Shown in pieces: positions 45,240 through 51,733 of a stretch of DNA of 51,733 nt (positions within the stretch are counted from its first letter, which is position 1; each line of letters begins with the position of its first letter). The notes beneath the pieces are model-generated. The model did no database searches. It was given only the letters and a program-made list of their open reading frames with translations, and was not told where the DNA came from. Origin of the DNA: Heliobacteriaceae bacterium (GTDB taxonomy: Bacteria > Cyanobacteriota > Vampirovibrionia > Gastranaerophilales > Gastranaerophilaceae). Where the stretch lies: NCBI GenBank assembly GCA_031265495.1, contig JAISCP010000083.1:1-51733 (forward strand). The letters run 5' to 3'. A program made the position numbers and the translations under genes.

Positions 45240-45656
45240 TTTTCAATCTCCTTCTTACATTTAATCTACACGACCAGATTACAACAAACACAAAAGTAAG
45301 ACAAGAGGGAATTAAGAGGTATGGAGGGCCGGAGGGATAGAGGTATGGCTTTTTAGTTGAAGGGTTAAATAGTTGAAAGGTTGAAAGGCTGAGCTACCCT
45401 CCCCTTGAGGGAGGGTCGAAATTTGCTTTGGCAAATTTCGGGGTGGGGTATAAAAGGCTGAAGGTATGGCTGAGCCTGCCCTTCTCCCAGAGGGAGAAGG
45501 TGCCCGCGGATGAGGGTTTTATTAATTAAGTGAATAGGAAAGAGGGAACATGAAAGAGTCCCGCCCTGTCATGCTGAACAACCACCCAGTCACCCTGAAC
45601 TTGATTCAGGGTCTATCAGTTTAATTGAAATTGATAGATTCCGGGTCAAGCCCGGA

Positions 45657-45688
45657 ATGACGTTTTTATATTTAGTGTCAACACGACC
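45657..45688 (+). repeat. 32-bp direct repeat, left copy (ATGACGTTTTTATATTTAGTGTCAACACGACC)
   Basis: Matches 49533-49564 at 30/32 in the same orientation. Confidence 0.85.
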
Positions 45689-45876
45689 TAATTACTTAAC
45701 ATGTACAGCAATGACGAAACAATAAGAAGTTAACATTGCGAAGTTGACATTCTCGCCGGTGATGAGTTATAATAAAATAAGTGTAACGAATAGTTACAGG
45801 TTAAGTGAAGAATAGCAAAGTTTTACATTCAGTCGTTTTATAAATTGCAAGTGTTAGTAAAATAGGAGGTATTCTT

Positions 45877-46680
45877 ATGTTAGTTGCACCTGTAATGTCG
45901 AGAATATCGGTAACTCCCGTAATATCCGGTGTGAATAATAATGTAAAACCAGCGGTAAATAAGGATAGTGTAAGCTTTGCGGGAAATGATGATAAGCATG
46001 CGCAAAAGTATATAACAACTTTAGCGGCGGCTCTGGCTGTACTGGGAGGAGCAATGCCGCAAGAGGTACAGGGACAGGAATTTATACCAAAAACTGCGAA
46101 AGTGCGATCTGCGACGGTCTATAATAATGGTATTGGTGAATCACGTTTAGTTGCGGCTATTCCTGAGGGGAAACAGGATACCACTTATGTTTTGGTTGAT
46201 TATCGAAACGGGTTGTCTTATGTCGGTGAGTCTGTTCAAAAGACAGGTAAAGGCGAGTATAATATAGTGAAGAATGAAGTTGCGGCAGCAAAACCCGCTG
46301 TGACAAAACCAAGCGTTGAAGGTGACCCGCCTGAACTCAAAATCGGAGAATGGGTTGAGTTTGAGGATGACGATGGAATTCGCAAAGCGGTCAAGCTGAC
46401 GAGTACAACAGGCAGTACTTCACATTTTGATAGAATTCAGGTGCTCCTACTTGATACTGATGAACTGTCAGAAGAACAACTAATTAGTGGTGAGGTGGTT
46501 AAATACGTATTTGGTAGAGAACAGGATGACGATGCTGTACATTTTAACGATGGTCAATTTAGAACTTATTACATAAGGAGAGGTAACTCTCCGTCTTGTG
46601 CGAAATTTGTAGATTATGTTAATACTGCGTTGGCTAGTTCGAAAAGTAGGGCTAGTGTGAAAATTTCCGCTCCAGATTAA
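45877..46680 (+). CDS. Hypothetical protein (267 aa) with one TM helix
   Basis: AGGAGG upstream. N-terminus MLVAPVMSRISV...NKDSVSFAGND, then the hydrophobic segment YITTLAAALAVLGGAM. Confidence 0.6.
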   Translation: MLVAPVMSRISVTPVISGVNNNVKPAVNKDSVSFAGNDDKHAQKYITTLAAALAVLGGAMPQEVQGQEFIPKTAKVRSATVYNNGIGESRLVAAIPEGKQDTTYVLVDYRNGLSYVGESVQKTGKGEYNIVKNEVAAAKPAVTKPSVEGDPPELKIGEWVEFEDDDGIRKAVKLTSTTGSTSHFDRIQVLLLDTDELSEEQLISGEVVKYVFGREQDDDAVHFNDGQFRTYYIRRGNSPSCAKFVDYVNTALASSKSRASVKISAPD

Positions 46681-46772
46681 AGGTTGTAAACAAATGTAAA
46701 AACTTTCAAATATAATGAAATCCTTAAATCCGAGATGTTTTTATATATTTGTAATACAAAGAGAGAGTAATT

Positions 46773-49451
46773 ATGCCTTCTAAGTCTTTAACTCAAGTAC
46801 AAACAGTCAATGAGAAGCTGCCCGTTGAAATTAATTCAAAAAGTGACGGCAGTCTTTCCATTGTTGTTGATAATATTGATTTAAAGAGTAAAGAAATTTT
46901 AACGGGTAAGGCTCGGATTGTGTATGAATACTTAAAGACCTTACCTGAGTATTCTAACTTAACTCCTGAAGATTATAATAAAAATGTTAATGATATACAA
47001 ACTTCTGGTCAGATTAAGTATTATAACTATACTAGGCAATATAGCAAAAGCGTTATACCTGAACAAAATAATAGTCATCAAGTGTTTAGTGAAATGAATG
47101 AGGAAGACAAAGAGGCTTATTATTTAACGAAACTGGCTAGAAATCTATTCTTGTACGAAACAGTAGAAGGTGAAGATGGTACTAAAACAACAAATGCTAA
47201 GAGCCTTATCCCTAATCACAGTAAATTAACTACAGAAGAAATTAATAAATTAGGTGATGAGTATTGGAATGGGCTATCTGGCGAAGAACGTGAAGAATAT
47301 ATAAAGAAAGCCCAAGAACTTGATAATAGAAGTAAACAAGGTAAGTATGACCGGAGTTATGACCAAAAAATGCTTAATTTACAGGCACTTAACATTCTGG
47401 GGATAACCACACAGACAGCCATAGGCTCTTTTACCGACAAATATGGGAAGACAGATTGGCTGAAGTTTAAGGATTTTATTGACGAATATAGTTACGAATA
47501 CTTATCAAGATCGAAGGATCAAGGTAAAATGTTATCGCCTTACGAAGAACATGCTTTAGAAGTTTATCAATCTTCCATTGATATTGCCAAATATTATGGT
47601 GCTAAGAATCCGTGTTATGGAGATGCTATAAAGCATTTAGATGCTTATGCAAAGGAAAATAAAGAAGTTCCGATACTTTTAGTATATGATTATTTGACAT
47701 CAAAACAAGGATCTCTTACACCTTTTGAAGAAGCTAAATTGAAAAACCTCCAAACTTTTGGAGATCTTGGAAATAAGAACATACGCAATCTTATTAAAGA
47801 GAATTTCTTGAAAACAAAAGACAATACATCCCCTCTTAAATTACTTAAAGTATTTGATGATAACTCGGAAGCGTTAGCAGAATATGCGAGAGCAGAGGGA
47901 AAACAAGCCTGTCAAATATTGCAAAGTGGATACGCAAAAAAATATGGAAAAAACACCCCCGAATATTTTAAGGCTTTAAGTATAGATTTAAAGGATGCAG
48001 GAGAGCATGGAGATTGTAAGACTATTGAGCGAATAATGTCTGTTTTGTTTGAAAGCGGCGAACAAGGTCTAGACATTCTATCTTCTCAAAAAGATGTGTT
48101 AATGCTCTTGGCTAATACTAGTAAAATATATCGTTATAAATCATCAAGACACGTTGCCAAGATTACTAACAGTATTGTTGAGCTACGAAACTCTACTGAC
48201 CCTAACGATCAAAACATTGCTCTGATATTAGCTGATAATGCGCTAAAAAGAGAAAACCATACCGATGAAGATGGTAATATAAACAATACATCAGCGGCAA
48301 CGACTGCAAGAGCATTTAATGTTAATTCAGGATTTAACGTGCAACAGGAATTCGACAGTTCAGCTCTTACCACAGCATTAACTGATGCAAGATTACAAGA
48401 ATCAAATATTGACTTTTTCTCTAAAGAATTTACAGAAGAAGGGAATACTCGCGTTATTGAAACAGCATGGCAATTGCTTGCGGAGAACCAAGTGCATGCG
48501 ATTGAACAGCGGACAAATACCGGAAATGAAAAATATATCAATGCTGCTTCTGAAGTTATTCATAAATTGGCTCAGGAAAACCAAATTAAAGCAGGCAGAA
48601 TTGTAATGGAAGCCGCTATTAAAACAGGTAATCCTGAAATTATTGAAAAAGCTGTCACTCAGATTAACCAAAACCCCGCAGTTTATGAAGTTGTTGTTAA
48701 AGATAGCCACATCCAAGCCCAAATGGAAAGTGTTCAACAAAAATATTCCGAATCTATCGCAACTATGGTAGCAAGAGACCTCGCTGCCAAAAGCGAAATT
48801 GCCAACCAAAAAGCCGCTACCGCAACAGGTGCATCCGTAGGCGGGTTTAATCTCAAAGTTGACGTCAAAGGTAATATCGCTGATACTTCATTGAATTCAA
48901 CTATCAACGCAAAAGAAACTCTTGGTAAGATTCCCACTCTTGAAACTGATAAAGAAGACCCTAAAAAATTAGAAAAAGCATTTAAGTCAGACTATGAAAG
49001 GTTTATAGACCCTAAAACCACCCCTGAAGACCGTGCAGAAATGATTAAGAAAATGCGCGGGCCCGAAAGAGCTAAAGCCATTAGTTTTATATGCAAAACT
49101 AACCCTTCCCTGTTTGCCGTTCTGCTTAAAAGCATTGGGCCTTTAAATGTTTTGAGAGAAGTTGAAGGCACAATCAGAAAAGAAATAATGCTTTATTTAA
49201 AGAATGATAACAAAGAAGAAAATCAACTGGCATTTGCCGAGTATGTACTCGATGAAGATACAAACGGTGATTATTCCGAGTGGGCAGAAATAGCTAAGAA
49301 AATCCGAAAGGCATACGGCAAGGATAAATCTTCGCAGCAAACTACAACCGGTGCGAATAATAGCAACAGAAATTACAATACAGACCCGATATTCCGAAAT
49401 TTACTTAAAAAGGAATATGATGAAACAAGACTGCTTATAACAAAAGCATAA
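46773..49451 (+). CDS. Large hypothetical soluble protein (892 aa)
   Basis: Long ORF, Lys/Glu/Asn-rich, with no TM helix or recognisable catalytic motif. Confidence 0.65.
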   Translation: MPSKSLTQVQTVNEKLPVEINSKSDGSLSIVVDNIDLKSKEILTGKARIVYEYLKTLPEYSNLTPEDYNKNVNDIQTSGQIKYYNYTRQYSKSVIPEQNNSHQVFSEMNEEDKEAYYLTKLARNLFLYETVEGEDGTKTTNAKSLIPNHSKLTTEEINKLGDEYWNGLSGEEREEYIKKAQELDNRSKQGKYDRSYDQKMLNLQALNILGITTQTAIGSFTDKYGKTDWLKFKDFIDEYSYEYLSRSKDQGKMLSPYEEHALEVYQSSIDIAKYYGAKNPCYGDAIKHLDAYAKENKEVPILLVYDYLTSKQGSLTPFEEAKLKNLQTFGDLGNKNIRNLIKENFLKTKDNTSPLKLLKVFDDNSEALAEYARAEGKQACQILQSGYAKKYGKNTPEYFKALSIDLKDAGEHGDCKTIERIMSVLFESGEQGLDILSSQKDVLMLLANTSKIYRYKSSRHVAKITNSIVELRNSTDPNDQNIALILADNALKRENHTDEDGNINNTSAATTARAFNVNSGFNVQQEFDSSALTTALTDARLQESNIDFFSKEFTEEGNTRVIETAWQLLAENQVHAIEQRTNTGNEKYINAASEVIHKLAQENQIKAGRIVMEAAIKTGNPEIIEKAVTQINQNPAVYEVVVKDSHIQAQMESVQQKYSESIATMVARDLAAKSEIANQKAATATGASVGGFNLKVDVKGNIADTSLNSTINAKETLGKIPTLETDKEDPKKLEKAFKSDYERFIDPKTTPEDRAEMIKKMRGPERAKAISFICKTNPSLFAVLLKSIGPLNVLREVEGTIRKEIMLYLKNDNKEENQLAFAEYVLDEDTNGDYSEWAEIAKKIRKAYGKDKSSQQTTTGANNSNRNYNTDPIFRNLLKKEYDETRLLITKA

Positions 49452-49532
49452 ATTCAGGATGACGGGGCGGTTATGGCGTGGCTTGCCATGTGCCAGACCC
49501 TGAAACACCGGAGGTCAATCCGGCTGTTTAGC

Positions 49533-49564
49533 ATGACGTTTTTATAATTAGTGTCAACACGCCC
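49533..49564 (+). repeat. 32-bp direct repeat, right copy (ATGACGTTTTTATAATTAGTGTCAACACGCCC)
   Basis: Matches 45657-45688 at 30/32. Confidence 0.85.
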
Positions 49565-49640
49565 TGGTTTCTAACCCCTAACCCCCGGTCTCTGATAGTC
49601 ACTTATTCCCTCTTTACTAATTTTATGCTAATATTTATTT

Positions 49641-50855
49641 ATGGAAAGAAAAATAACTAAATTAGGTAATAATATTGAAGTAATTTACAAGCAGAACCCA
49701 AATACACCCCGTGCGGCGTTGAGCTTCAACTATTCGCTGAACGTACCGGAAAGTACGGCAGGTCTCTACCTGATTATGGCAAGGCTTTTTACGCAGGGAA
49801 CTAAAACCCGTTCTGCGGCACAGATTGCGCAAGAGCTTGACCGGTATGCAATTGAGTTTACGAGCGAACTGAAACAGGATTTTTTGCGCTTTAAATTCGT
49901 TTGCCTTAACGAGGACTTTCCGAAAGCAGTCGAAATTACCGAAGACATAATTAAAAATACTACTTTTGAAGATTTTGAACGCGAAGCCGCGAAAACGGAA
50001 GGTGAAATTATCGCAGAACTTGACGCACCGCGCATGAAGGCATTAGATAATTACTTCAAAAATATTTTTGAAGGACACCACTACGGCAACACTCATACCA
50101 AAATCCTTGAAAATATCAAAAAACTTAAGCGCGAAGACGTAATAAACGCTTACAAAACCTTTACGCAAAACAGCCGGAAGGTTATTGTATTTGCGGGCGG
50201 CCTTCCGTATGATGATGTTTACGGCAAATTAAACGCAGCTTTCGGGAATATTCATGACTCAAACGAAGAAAAATTTCATTTGGAAGTTCCGGCGCTTGCG
50301 CGCAAAAAAGAATGTGAAATCATAAAATCCGGCCTTAATCAGGCGCATATTATACAAGGCTGGCTTGTGCCGACGTTTGAACATGAAGACAGCCCCGCAC
50401 TGCTGCTTTTGAATATAATTCTCGGAGCAAGCGGGCTTTCGTCCCGTCTGTTTTTGGAACTCAGGGATAAAAAAGGACTTGCCTATGTGGTAAGAAGTTC
50501 CTATGAAACCAGCGCTATGGGAGCGAATTTCTCAATATACATTGCCACGGAACCTAAAAATATTCAGGTTTCACTGGATGGATTTAAGGATGAAATTCAA
50601 AAGCTTAAAGATATTCCCGTAAGCGAAAAAGAACTTAATGACGCAAAAAACAATCTTATCGGCAAATGGGCGTTTTCCCGGGAAACCAACCTTCAACAGG
50701 CGGCTTTGACTGCAAGAAACGCTGTAATTGGTATTGGCGCGGATTACCACGATAAACTTGAAGAAAAAATAAAATTGGTTACGCCCGATGATATTCTGCG
50801 CTGTGCAAATAAGTATTTCAATAACGAATATGTTTTGTCTATTGTTAAACCCTGA
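49641..50855 (+). CDS. M16 (pitrilysin/insulinase) family protein, probably a non-catalytic subunit
   Basis: Family-typical layout, but the position of the HxxEH zinc motif reads GLYLIMARLFTQGT. Confidence 0.7.
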   Translation: MERKITKLGNNIEVIYKQNPNTPRAALSFNYSLNVPESTAGLYLIMARLFTQGTKTRSAAQIAQELDRYAIEFTSELKQDFLRFKFVCLNEDFPKAVEITEDIIKNTTFEDFEREAAKTEGEIIAELDAPRMKALDNYFKNIFEGHHYGNTHTKILENIKKLKREDVINAYKTFTQNSRKVIVFAGGLPYDDVYGKLNAAFGNIHDSNEEKFHLEVPALARKKECEIIKSGLNQAHIIQGWLVPTFEHEDSPALLLLNIILGASGLSSRLFLELRDKKGLAYVVRSSYETSAMGANFSIYIATEPKNIQVSLDGFKDEIQKLKDIPVSEKELNDAKNNLIGKWAFSRETNLQQAALTARNAVIGIGADYHDKLEEKIKLVTPDDILRCANKYFNNEYVLSIVKP

Positions 50856-50878
50856 CGGGTAATGTAATTTTTAAGGCA

Positions 50879-51397
50879 GTGTCTGATAATATCAGAATGC
50901 GCAGAATTCTGTTAATAATAATTTTGCTGTTTCCATGCTGCGCGTCTGCGGAAACCGAATACCCCGACGCAGACAGGCTGGAAAAAATTTTCAAACCCGT
51001 TCTGCCGGTGCAGACAGTTTATCATGAAGTGCCCAGAGGGCTTATTATAAGTATAAATGAGGATTACTTTTTTAAGGGCAGTTCAGCAAAAATCAAGTGC
51101 AGCTCGCTCAAAACTCTCGATACAATAGCAAAATTTCTGAACAAAATTCCGAACGACTGCGTTATTGAAGACCACACGCAGAACAATAACTCTGCCAATT
51201 CAGACTGGGAGCTTTCTGTAATGCGTTCATCGAACATTCTGGATTATCTTGTGCAATGCGGCGGGGTTCCGTCAATGAAATTATTTCATCTGGGTTACGG
51301 GGACGTTATGCCGCTCAGGGACAATGTCCGCACGGGCGGCAAAGTATCCGGCAAACGGATAGATTTTGTAATTATTGATTATGAAGCGAAAAGGTAA
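50879..51397 (+). CDS. OmpA/MotB-like peptidoglycan-binding protein with a signal or lipoprotein peptide
   Basis: LLIIILLFPCCASA N-terminus. C-terminus NSDWELSVMRSSNILDYL...GYGDVMPL...RIDFVI is OmpA_C-like. Start is either GTG at 50879 or ATG at 50897. Confidence 0.6.
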   Translation: MSDNIRMRRILLIIILLFPCCASAETEYPDADRLEKIFKPVLPVQTVYHEVPRGLIISINEDYFFKGSSAKIKCSSLKTLDTIAKFLNKIPNDCVIEDHTQNNNSANSDWELSVMRSSNILDYLVQCGGVPSMKLFHLGYGDVMPLRDNVRTGGKVSGKRIDFVIIDYEAKR

Positions 51398-51616
51398 GTG
51401 AAAATTCCTCTCCATACGGGAGAGGATGAATTTCTTAATGAACACAGCGTGTGAATTTAGAAATTCCGGTGAGGGGGCAATAAATCCTGAGTAGAATACA
51501 TGTAATGGGTACAGCCTGCCCCCTCACTCCAAGCACTAAGTTCAACCTGTGGTTTCGCTAAGTGCTTGTTCTCTCTCCCGCAGGGAGAGAGCTGGCAGTT
51601 TCCACTCGCCCGGAGG

Positions 51617-51704
51617 CATTGTTAACTTTGCATTGTTTCGTCATTGCGAGGAGGGCGTAAGCCCGACGCGGCAATCCAGTAAATTCAACGGTTTTGACTG
51701 GATT
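51617..51704. repeat. Family-A element, inverted copy, interrupted at its end by the hairpin element (51705-51733, truncated by the window edge)
   Basis: Reverse complement aligns with 20-100 and 7926-8010. The following TTCCTCTCACAAAACGATAATTAATCGTT is the inverted hairpin element. Confidence 0.85.
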
Positions 51705-51733
51705 TTCCTCTCACAAAACGATAATTAATCGTT

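Overview
This is a 51.7-kb chromosomal window from a bacterium of moderate to low GC. From memory, the GroEL looks cyanobacterial-type and the tmRNA tag contains an ANNIV-like motif. The window also has several prepilin-type proteins, a 4-subunit 2-oxoacid:ferredoxin oxidoreductase and no photosynthesis genes. That mix fits a non-photosynthetic cyanobacterial sister lineage (Melainabacteria/Vampirovibrionia-like), but this is inference only. Recognisable core genes are rmuC, a NarL-type two-component pair, mgtC, an oppABC-like binding protein plus permeases, groES-groEL, comF, ssrA (tmRNA), an SPFH protein, tRNA-Pro(UGG), yidC, queA, an rlmD-like gene, mtaB, nadK, ftsZ, class II fba, an M16 peptidase homologue and an OmpA-like protein. 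AT-richer accessory patches carry an NYN protein, a 1014-aa lysine-rich membrane protein, and a class-3 lipase, Fic protein and membrane protein next to the ssrA 3' end. They also carry a BRO-N protein beside tRNA-Pro, a divergent RelA/SpoT-like protein and a two-gene cassette of unknown function. No integrase, transposase, CRISPR array or rRNA was seen. Nearly every operon boundary, and some intra-operon spacers, is filled with a mosaic of short modular repeats. The observations I rank highest are: (1) a consensus promoter plus SD-led mini-ORF running into a G14 tract, where a 1-nt slip fuses it to a roughly 500-codon frame ending in a pilin-like/DUF1566 protein; (2) three 104-bp tandem units upstream of tRNA-Pro, each holding a tRNA-Pro 5' fragment whose D-loop is replaced by a small mobile hairpin element; (3) a shared N-terminal peptide motif on five otherwise unrelated proteins; (4) stop-codon-rich repeat modules that mostly sit sense-oriented just after gene ends. 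Every functional call rests on motifs read by eye; no search was run.
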